Part shown: positions 1 through 13,382 of the stretch, piece by piece
How positions within the stretch are numbered: the stretch's first letter is position 1
Layout: each line of letters begins with the position of its first letter
Assembly: GCA_951406725.2 (NCBI GenBank)
Contig: OX597823.1
Location: 49,662,001-49,726,000, forward strand
From: Octopus vulgaris
Lineage: Eukaryota
DNA length: 64,000 nucleotides
Direction of reading: 5' to 3'
Program-made: the position numbers and the translations under genes
Notes under the pieces: model-generated
Told to the model about the DNA's origin: nothing
The model's database searches: none
The model's input: only the letters and a program-made list of their open reading frames with translations

Positions 1-360
1 GCTTGCGCAAGTGTCTTCTACTATAACCTTGGGCTGACCTAAGCCTTGTGAGTGGATTTTATAGCTGGAAACTGAAAGAAGCCCATTGTGTATATATATA
101 TATATATTATGTATATGCATGTGCATTTGTATCTATGTGTGTGAGTCTTGGTGTCTGTATTTTTTCACTCATCACCACTTGACAGCCAGCGTTGGTGTGC
201 TTATATCTTGTAACTTTGCAGTTTGGCAAAAGAAGCCAATAGAATAAGTACCAGGCTTAAAAATTAAGTTCTGCGGTCAATTTGTTCAACTAAAACCCTT
301 CACGACAGTGCTCCAGCATGGTAGCAGTTAATTCACTGTAACAAGTTGAAGAATGAAAGA
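1..360 (+). mobile_element. tRNA-derived SINE, family A (5'-truncated by window edge)
   Basis: Contains the window-wide repeat GCAAGTGTCTTCTACTATA...GCCTTGTGAGTGGATTT...GGAAACTGAAAGAAGCCC, an internal (TA/TG)n tract and the tail GTGCTCCAGCATGG...ACAAG. Confidence 0.8.
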
Positions 361-375
361 ATGTATCTCTCTCTC

Positions 376-378
<3 letters not shown>

Positions 379-426
<48 letters not shown>

Positions 427-811
427 TACATATATACATACAAACATACATGCATATATATACATACATATATATATATATACATACATACATATATATA
501 TACATACATACATATATATATACATACATACATATATATATACATACATACATATATATATACATACATACATATATACATACATACATACATATATACA
601 TACATACATATATACATACATACATATATATATACATACATATATATATACATACATACATATATATATACATACATATATATATACATACATATATATA
701 TACATACATATATATATACATACATATATATATACATACATATATATATACATACATATATATATACATACATATATATATACATACATATATATATACA
801 TACATATATAT

Positions 812-858
<47 letters not shown>

Positions 859-1110
859 TGCATACATATATACTTACATACACATATATACATATATATA
901 TATACACATATATATACATATATATACATACTATATGCATACATATATACTTACATACACATATATACATACATACATATATACATATATACACATATAT
1001 ATACATGCATATAAACATTATACATAAATATATATATATATATATAACATATATACACAAATATATATATATACACATAACATATATACACAAATACATA
1101 TACATACATA
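379..1110. repeat. Compound (TA)n/(TACA)n microsatellite
   Basis: Directly visible; it generates the spurious YI/YM/HT-rich ORFs. Confidence 0.95.
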
Positions 1111-1150
1111 TTTCTTATATTCTTTTACTCTTTTACTTGTTTCAGTCATT

Positions 1151-1273
1151 TGATAACACTGGTGGTGTGGAGAGGGGAGGCCAGTATGCATGGGCGACTG
1201 CTGGTCTTCCATAAACAACCTTGCTTGGACTTGTACCTGGGAGGGTAACTTTCCAGGTGCAATCCCATGGTCA

Positions 1274-1277
<4 letters not shown>
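1151..1277 (+). mobile_element. 3' fragment of SINE family C
   Basis: GGTGTGGAGAGGGGAGG...GGTGCAATCCCATGGTCA matches the 3' half of the full copies at 35779-36112 and 47658-47990. Confidence 0.8.
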
Positions 1278-1308
<31 letters not shown>

Positions 1309-1427
1309 TTATACATATATACATATACACATTTATACATATATACATATACACATTTATATATACATATACACATAAACATATATATACACATACATAT
1401 ATATATATACATATATATGTATATACA

Positions 1428-2712
1428 TAGTGAGAATTTACAAAAAAAACAAAAAACGAAGACGGGTGTGTAAACAACAAACAGATGTATTAGTTTAATG
1501 CTTGGGAAGTGAGAAACTCTTTTACATTTTGAGATGATGGTGTAGGTGCTGGGAAGTGGTCAGTGCTAGTATGTGCAGGGTGGTGTGATGTGGTGTCGTA
1601 TGGTGGTGTTGGGGTGTGGGGGAAGAAGGGTGTGGTCTAAGGGATGAGGTAGGGTGGGATTTTCAGAGATGGTGAGGTTGGAATGTGTAGGGGTGAGGTA
1701 ACGAGGGAGGGGTGATGATGAAGGGAGAAGGTGGGTAAGAGTGAAGAGAGGAAGTAGATGCCAGAGCAAGAGGAGAGGTGGGTGGGAGGACGTAGGAGTG
1801 AGAGTGAGTAGTTAGCTGAAGAGGGGAGGCGAGTTGAGCCCATATGGTGCAAAGGGATGAAGAGAGAAGATTAATCTCTGCTCATGGTGAAGATAGGTGT
1901 CCAGATGGCCCCTGTGCAAGGACAATCTGAACACAGAAAGGTGTTGTAAAGAGTGACCAGTAGAGCGGAATTGACGCGAGACCAGGGTGTCGTCACCAAG
2001 ATGGATGTCTCGGAGGTGTTCTGCGAACTGGTCAGCCAAGTGGCAACCCGTTTGACCGATGTATAGAAAAGGACAAAGAGAGCAGGAGATGCAGTAGATG
2101 ATGTTGCTAGACGTGCAGGTGAAGGAGTCAGTGATATAATAGGGTTGATGATGGGTGCCAGTGAGGAGGGTGGTGTTGGAGAGGTAAGGGAAAGTGCAGC
2201 AGCGTGGGTGGGAGCAGGGGAATGAGCCGGGTTGGGAGGTTGGGTTAGGGAAGCAACTGTGGACCAAGAGGTCTTGTAGGTTGTGGGCTTGTTTGAAGGA
2301 ATGGAGAAGTCAGTTAAGGAAGATGTGTAAAGTGGAGGGGTCGGACTGGAGTCGCCAGAAGGCTCGGAGAATGGTGCATTAGAGAGGTATGGTGGTGAGG
2401 TGGTAGGTGAGGGGAAACGGGAGACGGGTGATGGCAGGGCGGGTGCAGGAAGAGAGCAGATGCACGGTCCACAGAATGTGCTCTGGCAAGGGCGGTGTGG
2501 ATAGCGGTGAGGGGATATCCACATAAGATGAAGTGGCAAGCCACGAGTTGAGACTAAGCCTGAAAGTTATGGTTGTCACTGCAGAGCCTCTGTAGATGGA
2601 GAAATTGGGAATAGGGGATGGAGAGCTTGGTGTGTTTAGGGTGGGAGGAGAAGTTGAGGTATGAGTGTGAGTCTGTATGTTTGAAGTAGATGGAGGTGGT
2701 GAGAGTGGAGTG
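1428..2712 (-). mobile_element. Penelope-like retroelement remnant: RT thumb, GIY-YIG endonuclease, C-rich 3' region and partial terminal repeat
   Basis: Minus-strand frames give TTSIYFKHTDSHSYLNFSSHPKHTKLSIPYSQFLHLQRLCSD (PLE RT C-terminus) and SFTCTSSNIIYCISCSLCPFLYIGQTG...FAEHLRDI...EQRLIFSL...PYGLN (PLE-type GIY-YIG), with frameshifts. 1428-1533 resembles the terminus at 30722-30878. Confidence 0.9.
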
Positions 2713-2729
2713 ATGAATATATATATATA

Positions 2730-2908
2730 TCATCATCATCATCATCCTTGTTCAATGTCCGCTTTCCATGCTGGCATGGTTGGACAGTTTGACTGAGGAC
2801 AGGCAAGCCAGGAGGCTGCACCAGGCTCCAATCTGATTTGGCAAGGTTTCTACTACTGGATACCCTTCCTAACGTCAACCACTCCGCGAGTGTAGTGGGT
2901 GCTTTTTA
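2730..2908 (-). mobile_element. Short retroposon family E with (GAT)n tail
   Basis: CATCATCATC...TTTCCATGCTGGCATGG...GGATACCCTTCCTAACG. Related copies lie at 3040-3205, 7085-7255 and 41517-41668. Confidence 0.7.
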
Positions 2909-4562
2909 TAAATATATATAAAATAGGAGATGGGCTTCTTTCAAGTTTCCATCAACCAAAACTATTCACAAGGCCTGCCACATAAAAGGCTCCCAAGCAC
3001 TGTGCTGGCACCATGTAAAAGGCACCCAGTACACTTTGTAAAGTGGTTGACATTAGGAAGGGCATCAGGGCATTCTGCTGTAAAAAAACAAATCCAAGAC
3101 AGATGACTGGAACCTGGTGCACCCTTCCAACTTACCAGCTCCTGTCAAGTTGTCCAACTCATGCCAACATGGAAAAATGGATGTTAAATAATGATGATAA
3201 TGATGGGGTAATTGGATGTTCCCCAAACTCTAGTTTTGCAGGGAAAGAAAAAGCAATCACAGTTCATTGCTATACTGTTGTCAAAGAAGATGTCGCTATA
3301 TTAAAAATTTACAAAATTTATATATTTTAGCTAAATCAATGACCCCATCGTATGTCAGTGGTATACTGCAAGGACAGTAGATATTCAGCTTTAACACTCC
3401 TGTTCTGATAAGAAAGAAAAAGAAAAACCAACAAAATTAAACTGTTACGTGTTATTATAATAACTGCTTCAAGAAAACACTTTAGCAAAAATAAAATGTG
3501 AAATCAGACTTGTCTGTCAGATTTTCTTATGAGTAAAAATGTTATGTCAAAACATCAGAATATTTTTTATTATTAGCAGTCATCTCATCGCCAAATACTG
3601 TCTTCAGAGTTACTTGTCAAATTCCTGGCAATAACATTTGTTAATTTCTTTCTAAGCTTTCCTTAAAACTGGTGTTACTCCTCATAGAGTTTAAAAAAAG
3701 ATTCGATACCAAAATACCAAGATATTTGCAAGTGAGGTGTTAACCATTTCAACTGTCATGGGAACCTGTACACTGTTGTTCAACCTGCTAGAAATAGCTA
3801 CCAAATTTTCTGCAAAACACACACTATCTTCAAAATTAAAAAAAAAGAAAGGAAGGAAGGACACATTGGATAATGTCCTTGTGTTCTTGATACAGTACTA
3901 TGTTTAAATAAAAGACAGAATGTTCATGCAAGAACTCTATCATGTTTGTTGCATTCTGGGCTGGCCAAAAGTTAAAAATGACAACAAAAAAAGATTCATA
4001 AAATGGTGACCTTAATTCTTTTAAACAATTAAATTTGGTCTTACTCTTTTGGTGCAAACAAAAGTAATAATAATTAACTGTAGTATATTTAACTTTAGTA
4101 ATATCGATGTCTTACAAATGTGTATATAACACTTTAAGCAGGTGTCTGCTACCACAGAACACATTCTATGGAAGGAGACACCTATTATGCAGAATGTATC
4201 CTTTAACACTAAGCAGCAGTGACAGGTTGGAGATAGTGATGAAAAATTTCTGTTCCAGAGTGAAGTGGAGTAATGCTTATTGCTTGCATGTTAGTAGCAG
4301 ATAGTAAGGTTAAGTTTTACACTAAAATTCATATATGTTGGTTTACAAGGGAATTGTTCAGCAGACATGTTCATTCTTCTTTGAAGACTTCATCCAAAGG
4401 TTCCCAATTGGGGTACATATAATCCTTGGGAGGTGGGGTGTCCATACAAGATTTTATCGTTAAAATTTATGCACAATAAACTGGTTATATTCTTAGAATA
4501 CATAAAATATTTTTAACAATTTTTTTAAAAATACAATTTCTGATATTTAATTATAAAAATAT

Positions 4563-4989
4563 TCCTTTATTCTTTTACTTGTTTCAGTCATTTGACTGCA
4601 GGCACACTGGAGCACCACCTGACAGGGTTTTTTAGTTGAAGAAATCAACCCCAGGACTTATTCTTTGTAAGCCTGGTACTTATTCTCTTGGTCCCTTTTG
4701 TCAAACTGCTAAGTTATGGGGATGTAAACACACCAACATTCCAACATCGGTTGTCAAGCAATGGTGGTGGAGGGGCACAAACATAACAACAAAGACACAC
4801 ATAAATACATACATAAATATAAATGATAGGCTTCTTTCAGTTTCCACCTACCAAATCCACTCACAAGGCTATGGTTGGTCTGAGGCTACAGTAGAAAACA
4901 CTTGCCCACGGTGCCATGCATTGGGACTGAACCTGAAACCATGAGATTGGAAAGCAAGTTTCTTATCCTACAGCCATGCCAGTGCCTAT
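4563..4989 (-). mobile_element. SINE family A, nested in a hAT-like MITE (about 4395-5093)
   Basis: Full reverse-complement copy from tail to tRNA-like head. The flanks resemble the CAxxGGTTC(C/T)CAA-ended elements at 9350-9625 and 23220-23455. Confidence 0.75.
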
Positions 4990-5319
4990 GAGATATATCA
5001 CAATTTTTTAAACACTGAATGGCTGTGAGGGTCCAACAGAATAAAATAGGAATCAAAGGGGGTCCATAGGTGAAAAATGGCAGACAACCACTGACTTAAT
5101 CATATATGTGAGTTCATGCACACATATGGATACATACATATGTATGCATGCAAATTGTATGACACATGCATTATAACTATGATGCTGTATGTTAGTGAAG
5201 CAGGGGCAGTGAATGACGAGGGCTTGAGAAGACAGGAAGGAAAAAAAATGAAGCCAGCATACTCTGTTGTATATGCTGTGTAAATGTGCATGAAAAACAT
5301 AGTGCAAATATGCTAATAG

Positions 5320-5530
5320 AATAAATAACAGGGTATAACGAAGAATTAGACATAGTGTGTGAGAACGGCTGTGTGAAGAGGTGCTGATTGCTTAATGTGG
5401 CTGGAGCTTGTAGAAGAAGGAGACCCAGGAAGAAATGGGATGATGTGATGAAGACTAATCTCAGGACCTTGAACTTCACAGAGAAGATGACTGGTGGCAT
5501 GCAGTTTTCAAGAAGATCTGCCCACCTCAG
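5320..5530 (+). mobile_element. RTE-type LINE 3' fragment
   Basis: Translates with stops as ...LNVAGACRRRRPRKKWDDVMKTNLRTLNFTEKMT, resembling the RTE ORF C-terminal GRPRKxWxxxVxxDL motif. Confidence 0.6.
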
Positions 5531-5643
5531 TGAGACTAAGTTCTGGTAGTACTCTGTGTGTGTGTGTACACACACTATTGGGCCCTTTGCACAATTTCCT
5601 TCTTAACAACACACCCTACCATCCAAATGCATACATAAATGTA

Positions 5644-5687
<44 letters not shown>

Positions 5688-6038
5688 TGTTTATGATCTC
5701 TTTTACTTGTTTCATTGGACTGTGGACATGTTAGGGCACTGCCTCGAAGGGTTTAGTCAGACATATGGAACTCAGGACATATTTTAAAGTCTGGTACTTA
5801 TTTATTCAGCTTCTGTTGCTGAACTGCCCAGTTATTGGGATTATGGGGGCATAAACAAACCAATACCAGCTGTCAAGTGGTGGTGGGGAACAAATACATG
5901 TGCAGACACACACATAATGTTGGTGTTAGGAAGGACATCCAGCCGCAGACACTGATGCATGATACAGTTCTTGGACCCATTGGATCCTGTCAAACTGTCC
6001 AATCTATACCAGCATGGCACATGTACTTTAAATGATGA

Positions 6039-6079
<41 letters not shown>

Positions 6080-6759
6080 GTGTGTATATATATGACGGGC
6101 TTCTACACAGTTCTCATCAACAAAATTCACTCACAAGGCATTGGTAAGCATGGGGCAACAAAAAAAGACATTTATCCAAGGTTCCATGCAGTGAGACTGA
6201 GCCCAAACCATGTCATTGCAAAGTGTGCCTCTTAACCACACAACCATATATTATTTGTAATAGATAACGAACCATACTTGAACCGCATTAAGTATATGCT
6301 AATTTGTCTAATGAAGGCCTTTCTTCAGAAAGAGAATCCCCTATATCCAATCAGAAATTGGTTGAGAGCTATGAGCAATGTTTATGTGAAATAGAGAAGT
6401 TGAAAGAACAGAACATGCTCATATAAGGAACATGTGTATATTAACCTCACACTTTCACACACACACACAACAGCAACAATGTAGTGGCCAGATTACTGAA
6501 TGTTGTTATACATCATTAGTCACAATGCACTTTCTCACATTGTTGCAGCTTTTGAATGCTCCCACCATGCTGGCTAGGCAAGAACTGAAAGCCAGTCTGG
6601 GGCAAGGTTACCCATTTACATCATAGTGGACTTGAGCAATGTGAAATGAAGTGCTTTGCTATAGAACACAATGCACAGCCAGTCTGAGAATCGAAACCAT
6701 GACCTAGCTATCTTGTGTGCAGCACCCTAGCCACTTGGCAACAAGCCCCCCCGCCTCTT

Positions 6760-6832
<73 letters not shown>

Positions 6833-6875
6833 TTATGTGTGTATATATATATATATATGTAGACATATGTATGTG

Positions 6876-6911
<36 letters not shown>

Positions 6912-6945
6912 ACATATGTATGTGTATGTATATATATATATGTAT

Positions 6946-6990
<45 letters not shown>

Positions 6991-7008
6991 GACATATGTA
7001 TGTGTATG

Positions 7009-7066
<58 letters not shown>
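6760..7066. repeat. (CT)n plus compound (TA)n microsatellite
   Basis: Directly visible; includes internally duplicated GACATATGTATGTGTATG units. Confidence 0.95.
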
Positions 7067-7067
<1 letters not shown>

Positions 7068-7802
7068 CTGGTGTCATATATAAGGCACTGGTGGTAATAC
7101 CACATAAAAAGCACCCAGTAAAGTGGATGGTGTTACAAAGGGCATCCAGCTGTAGAAACCATGCAAAAACAGACAAGTGGAGCCTGTGCAGCTCTCTGGC
7201 TTGCCAGTTCCATCCCATGCCAGCATGGAAAATGGATGTTACATGATGATGATGATATATATACACACACACACATACATATACACAGACATACATATAA
7301 GACAGAGAGAGAGAGCGAGAAAGAAAAGGGAGAAGAAGTGAGAGATAGAGATGTAAGCTGATTCACATCATGTACAAACAACACACATTTCATAAACCAC
7401 TGATGTCTTTAAAAGGCAAAACTTATCTCTTTAATTATGAGTTAGGGAGACATCCATGACAATGAAAAATCTTCTTATTTTCTGTCCTTATTTTCATAAG
7501 AACAGAAATCTAAGGAAAATATTGTAGGGCTTACATTTTCAGCAATAGTTCTGATAATTAATCTATAGATTGGGAAATCAACTTGTTTTGAGCAGAAAAA
7601 ACGAAGACACACCTTGACTAAATAATGAACACACACCTTATCAGCTGTTAGTCTAATTCATTTCTAACTAAACTAACTCAAGTACTACTATTTATAATTA
7701 TATAATAGCCTCTTGTGTATATCTACGTGAGTATGTGTATGTCTTTGTGCATGTGTGAGAGTGAGAGATAGAGAGAGAGAGAGCTGAAAAAAATAGATAG
7801 AT

Positions 7803-7836
<34 letters not shown>

Positions 7837-8044
7837 GAGAGAACAAGCAGAAAAGTTGTTACTCCACATTATCTACAATATCTGTAATCTAACTATATAT
7901 GCTAGCAAAATAATATAACTTAAAAAAATTGAATAAATTATGTCAAGTATATACATGTATGTATGTGTACTTCTATGTGGATGTATGTATGATGTATTCA
8001 TGCATGTAAAACATTTTTTAACTGTGTGTGTGCGTGTGCATATA

Positions 8045-8102
<58 letters not shown>

Positions 8103-8768
8103 TACACGTATGTGTGTGTATGAATGCATATCTGTATATATAAGTGAGTGTAAGTGTGAATGTATATATATATATGTGTGTATGTATTTAAGACATAAAA
8201 ACATTTATTTTTAACTACACACGCACACACACACACAAGCACATTCATAAACACACACACACACACACATATACACAGATATTGATTTTTAGAATTCTTA
8301 CACTCGGATTTATGATTACGTGTAAGCCAGAAAATGAGATTTAATGTTATGGTAAATGACATAACAAAATACAGCAAGGCGATTATGAAGTTTGAGAGAG
8401 AAAGTTTCTGTTCAGTGGTAGAATCAGAAAACTGTAAGAGCTATTTTGTCTTCAACGTGTACCCTGCATTACAGGAACGTAACTTAACATTATCTCCAAA
8501 TAACATTTACTTAGAAAAGCAAAGATCTCCAAATATTTTTTCTGTCGTTTTCTTTTCTTTTTCTTTTTTTTTGTTCTTTTTTGCTGGTTTTCATAACTTG
8601 ATCCATAAAATTGAGATTCCTAGTAATTTTACCTCTTTAACGTATTTCACCTTTGTAACAAACTGACAATGGTAGCTAACTAGAGCTGTCATCAAGCAGA
8701 ACACCTCTCCACCCTGCACTGTCTAATTAGCCAAGTAAACATTTACAATGAGTGAGAGAGAGAGGGAA

Positions 8769-8823
<55 letters not shown>

Positions 8824-8868
8824 TTCTCATGTTTTGAACATTCAAACAACTGTTTGTAAGGGAGACCT

Positions 8869-9162
8869 GAAGGTTCATGGCTTAGTGGTAAGGATATTTG
8901 GACCATGATCATAAGGTCCTGAGTTCAAATCCTGGCGGTGTGCTGTGACCTTGAGGAAAACACTTTACTACATATTGCTCCAGTCCACTCTGTTGGCAAA
9001 AGTACATTTTACGTGTAATTCAACAGGTCAGTCTTGTTGCATTGTGTCATACTGAATCTCCTTCAGAACTGTGTTAAGAGTACGCATGTCTGTGGAGTGT
9101 GTTAATTTCACGAGCAAGTTGTTCCATTGATCGGATCAACTGTAAACCTCATCATCATAACC
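8869..9162 (+). mobile_element. tRNA-derived SINE, family D
   Basis: A box TGGCTTAGTGG and B box GAGTTCAAATCC, then a CORE/V-like TTGCTCCAGTCCACTC. The 3' half recurs at 18304-18505. Confidence 0.75.
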
Positions 9163-9664
9163 ATTTGATTGTTGTTTAAACTCACATCAGTCCTGGTTGA
9201 GTGAACTTAAGCTCCTCTAGTCATGACTTACTTCATCTTTTTATAGACCAGAGACTACAATTTCTAATACACCCTTCATATTACACAGTAGAGTGTGATT
9301 ATGAGGGTGATATGGCTGCTATTTTTAGTAAATCATACAACCATGTAGAGCAATGGTTCTCAACCATTTTTTTGCTTAATTTAACTCTGCTGGAACCCCC
9401 TACCCACCCAGCCATCCATCCAACCATTTGATGTTTTAAAAAATCCTATTGTATTTTTATAATTAAATATTATATGCTATTAAGAATTCTATAAAAAAAC
9501 CAAAGTTAAAATATTTTGTGCATTGTAGAAGTATAACCAGGTTATTTTCACACAATAAAATTTAACAACAAAATTTTATATGGACCCCCAATGGTCATAT
9601 ATGGGCTTCTGGTGAGAATTACTGAAGTAGAGACTCCTTTACTGACTCCAGAGATTTTTATTTT

Positions 9665-10042
9665 GGCCGTGTGGTAAGTAGCTTGCTTACCAACCACAGG
9701 GTTCCGGGTTCAGGCCCAATGCGTGGCACCTTGGGCAAGTGTCTTCAACTATAGCCTCGGGCTGACCAAAGCCTTGTGAGTGGATTTAGTAGACAGAAAC
9801 TAAAAGACGCCCGTCGTATATATGTATGTGTGTGTGTGTGTGTGTTTGTTCCCCCAACATCGCTTGACAACTGATGCTGGTATGTTTATGTACCCCGTAA
9901 CTTAGCGGTTCGGCTAAAGAGACCGACAGAATAAGTACTAGGCTTACAAAGAATAAGTCCTGGGGTCGATTTGCTTGACTAAAGATGGTGCTCCAGCATG
10001 GCTGCAGTCAAATGACTGAAACAAGTAAAAGAGTAAAAGAGT
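9665..10042 (+). mobile_element. SINE family A
   Basis: Near-complete copy ending GCAGTCAAATGACTGAAACAAGTAAAAGAGTAAAAGAG. Confidence 0.85.
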
Positions 10043-10561
10043 TCCTCATTTATGTTCTATATTTAGTAGCCTGTCTTAGTGATACTTAATAGGCCACAAA
10101 AAGTATGCACCATGAGTGGGCTGTATGATGGTTTCAGATGTTAAAAACTGGACTAGTGAGCTGACAAAAACGGCAGGTTTGTTATCATGACAAACGTAAT
10201 CAGTATTTCCAATCATTAAAAGTACGATGATTAGTGACTTGCAATACTGCAGTATGTCTATCAAATAGAAATATCACCATTGTAACCACTAACCCGAAGG
10301 TTGCCATAATCGAACCTTGATTTTTTTCCCCCCACCCGTCTCTGACTTCTGGTGAATGTGACACTTTCTCTCAGTGGTGTCCAAGTGTCATTTGCAAACT
10401 GATCACTTTTTATGTCTTTGTATGACAACCAATGCTAGTTTGACCATATTGAAGTCTCCAAAGTGATAATACACTAAGAAAAGAGCAGCACTTTGGGCAA
10501 GTTTCTCTGGTTGACCAATAACTTCTGAGTGTAATTTAGTAAAAACAAATAAGCAGGAGTA

Positions 10562-10594
<33 letters not shown>

Positions 10595-10616
10595 TGTGCG
10601 CACGCATGTGTGTGTG

Positions 10617-11003
10617 CTGGCATGGTTGTGTTGTAAGAAGTTTACTTCCCACCCAAATGGTTCCCGGTTCAGTCCCACTGCATGACACTTTGGACAAGTG
10701 TGTTCCATTACAGCCTCAGGCCGACCAAAGCCTTGTGAGTGGATTTGGTAAATAGAGACTGAAAGAAACCGGTCATGTGTGTGTGTGTATGTGTGTGTGT
10801 GTTTGTCCCCTATCAGCGCTTGACAACTGGCGTTGGTATGTTTATGCCCCTGTAACTTAGTGGTTTGACAAATGAGAATGATAAAATAAGTACCACTCTT
10901 CAAAAGACAAATACTGGGATCGATTCATTCAACTAAAATTCTTCAAAGCAGGGCCTCAGCATGGCTGCAGTCTAATGACTGAAACAGGTAAAAGGTAAAA
11001 GAT
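10617..11003 (+). mobile_element. SINE family A
   Basis: Head, internal (TG)n and tail all match family A. Confidence 0.8.
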
Positions 11004-11773
11004 TATATATATATATGTATTAGGTGCAGGTATGGCTGTGTAAAGAAGTTTGCTTCTCAACTACATGGCTTTGGGCTCAGTTCCACTGAGTATTACCTTG
11101 GGTAAGTATTTTCTGTTACATACTCTCAGGTTGATGACAGCCTTGTGAATGAATTTATTGGATGCAAACTGAAACAATCCCACAGTATGTATATACATGT
11201 GTTAAAGGATTTAGCAGTATGACAAACAGAAATCAATAAAAAACAAGTACTGCTGAGGCTATTTTGAGGTGAAAAGCTGTGATGGTAGTACCTCTACATT
11301 GCTACAGTTCAATGTTTAAAACCAATAAGAGGAAAATTTACTCCATAATAATATGTGTATTCTCTGGTCATGTAACAAGTAGCAAATGTTAAGCAAAGTG
11401 TCTCAAATCAGACATACAGCCATCACAAATAAATAAATAATATGGCTACATATATTTGATTGACTGTACTTGAGAAGGTGATGCCCTTACATGACTACAG
11501 TCTGAAACCAATAAAACTATTTTGGTTTCCATCTATCAAATCTACTCACAATGCTTTGGTTAGCTATAGTGGAAAGCCTTGTGAATGGATTGTTTTTGGA
11601 TGAAAACTGAAAACAAGCCCACAGTATGTGGGATTGATAGAATAAGTGTTAGGCTTTAAAAAAACCTCAAACTTTTGGGGTCAGTTCATTCAACTAAAAT
11701 TCTTCAAGGTGGTGTCCCAGCATGGCCACAGTCTAATGACTGAAACAATTGGACGGTAAAGGAGATATATATA

Positions 11774-12366
11774 TCTAGTATATATAAATCACAGTATGTG
11801 TGTGTATATTGACTAACACATACATTTCCACAATTCTCAACTGATTTTCACCAAACTTTACACACACATATTACTTATGTGTGAAGGATGGTCATGCACT
11901 ATAACATTTTACCCAGAGTTCCCATGTAAATGGACAAACCAAGAAAAGTGGTGGTTTACACAGGTTTTTCTCTAATTCATTGTATGTACATAGTTTGTTT
12001 TTGTATTTAAGGTCTTCCAAACTTTTTTAATCTATATGGTCGTATATTGGCATTAGAGAATATTTTTTAGTGGTTTTCATATTGTTTTAATTTATTATTT
12101 ATTTATATGTTGTAAGTGTGTATTATTACTTTCTAAAAACTTTTTTTTTATATGTGTATTAGTGTATATTGTTTGAAGTTTTGGTTAGAGAATATTATAA
12201 AAGTGAAAGGATCTTGTCTAATTATTTACTTTGACTTTTTTCCATACTTTTAAAATCTATATGGTCATATATTTGCATTACAGAATATTTTTAAGTAGTT
12301 ATCACATTTTTTAATTTATTATTTATGCATATGTTAAACTGTCCAAAGGATGGATGCGTTTGCTAG
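11774..12366 (+). mobile_element. Non-autonomous Helitron-like element
   Basis: Starts TC(TAGTATATATAAA), ends CTAG and sits between A and T. Carries GATTTTCACCAAACTT near the 5' end and an internal ~90-bp duplication (about 12020-12110 and 12245-12335). Confidence 0.55.
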
Positions 12367-12795
12367 TATATATATATATATATATATATATATACAAGAG
12401 GAGACACTATCACAAGAAAGACACATTCAATGATGATGGATGTGTAAGCATAGAAAAAGCAACATAAAGATGCCATGTAGGGGGACTGAACTCAAAACCA
12501 CATGGATGGGAAGCAAGCTTCTGAACTAACATGGCTATGCTTGCCCATGTGTATGTGTGTGTACAAGCTGCTTAGGCATTGTGATGCTAATAACCTACTG
12601 CAAAACCCATGAAGCTAATGAAGATCCTAAGATTATTGTTTATTCCTTTATCATCTCATTTTCTTATATCTATATATTGTTGTATTTTGGTATGGTCGTT
12701 TTTTTTTTTTTTTTTGCCTGATAAACACACGCACTATATATTTTTTCTTCACTTGTCCAGAAATCTTTTGTCACACATCTATGACCTGCTTAGCG

Positions 12796-12934
12796 ACACT
12801 TTCTGTCTTTGTGAGTGCTCTTGATCTGCTTATTCCATCCACACTTTTGATCTTCATGTGTGCTCTTGCTAGGCTTATTCCATTCCAGAGAATGGAATAA
12901 GTAGAGCAAGAACACACACGAATATGACAAGTGC
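12796..12934. repeat. 45-bp unit: two direct copies followed by one inverted copy (foldback)
   Basis: 12796-12840 and 12841-12885 are direct repeats; 12890-12934 is the reverse complement; the loop is CAGA. Confidence 0.85.
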
Positions 12935-13305
12935 TACTCATAACTTGCCTGAAGACCTTATGTATTGAACTCAGCATTATACTCCTCTGTATTGGATTAC
13001 TACATGGTCTGTTAGCCGAGTCTGCTAGAGGAGCTTTCTGAGACACACGATTCTATGAATCCATATATCACGCTACAAATTTATATATATATCAACACTG
13101 GTCATCAAGTGGTGGTGGGGGACAAGTGCAGACACAAAGACAGACACCCACATAGGTTTCTTTTAGTTTCTGTCCACCAAATCATACGCAAGGCTTTGGC
13201 CAACCCAAGGCTACAGTAGAAAGACACTTACCTGAAGTGCCACACAGTGGAATTGAACCCAGAAACATTTGGGTTGGAAGCAAGCTTCTTACCACACAGC
13301 CACGC

Positions 13306-13382
<77 letters not shown>

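Noticed and set aside
290-1480. Long YI/YM/HT-rich ORFs (also at 6.7-7.3, 27.9-28.8, 29.3-31.6, 32.8-33.3 and 53.9-54.3 kb)
   Set aside because: They are translations of (TA)n/(CA)n/(TACA)n microsatellites, which lack stop codons in several frames on both strands.
12771-13046. 91-aa minus-strand ORF
   Set aside because: No recognisable domain; its internal GIS..RA repeat is explained by the 45-bp repeat unit.
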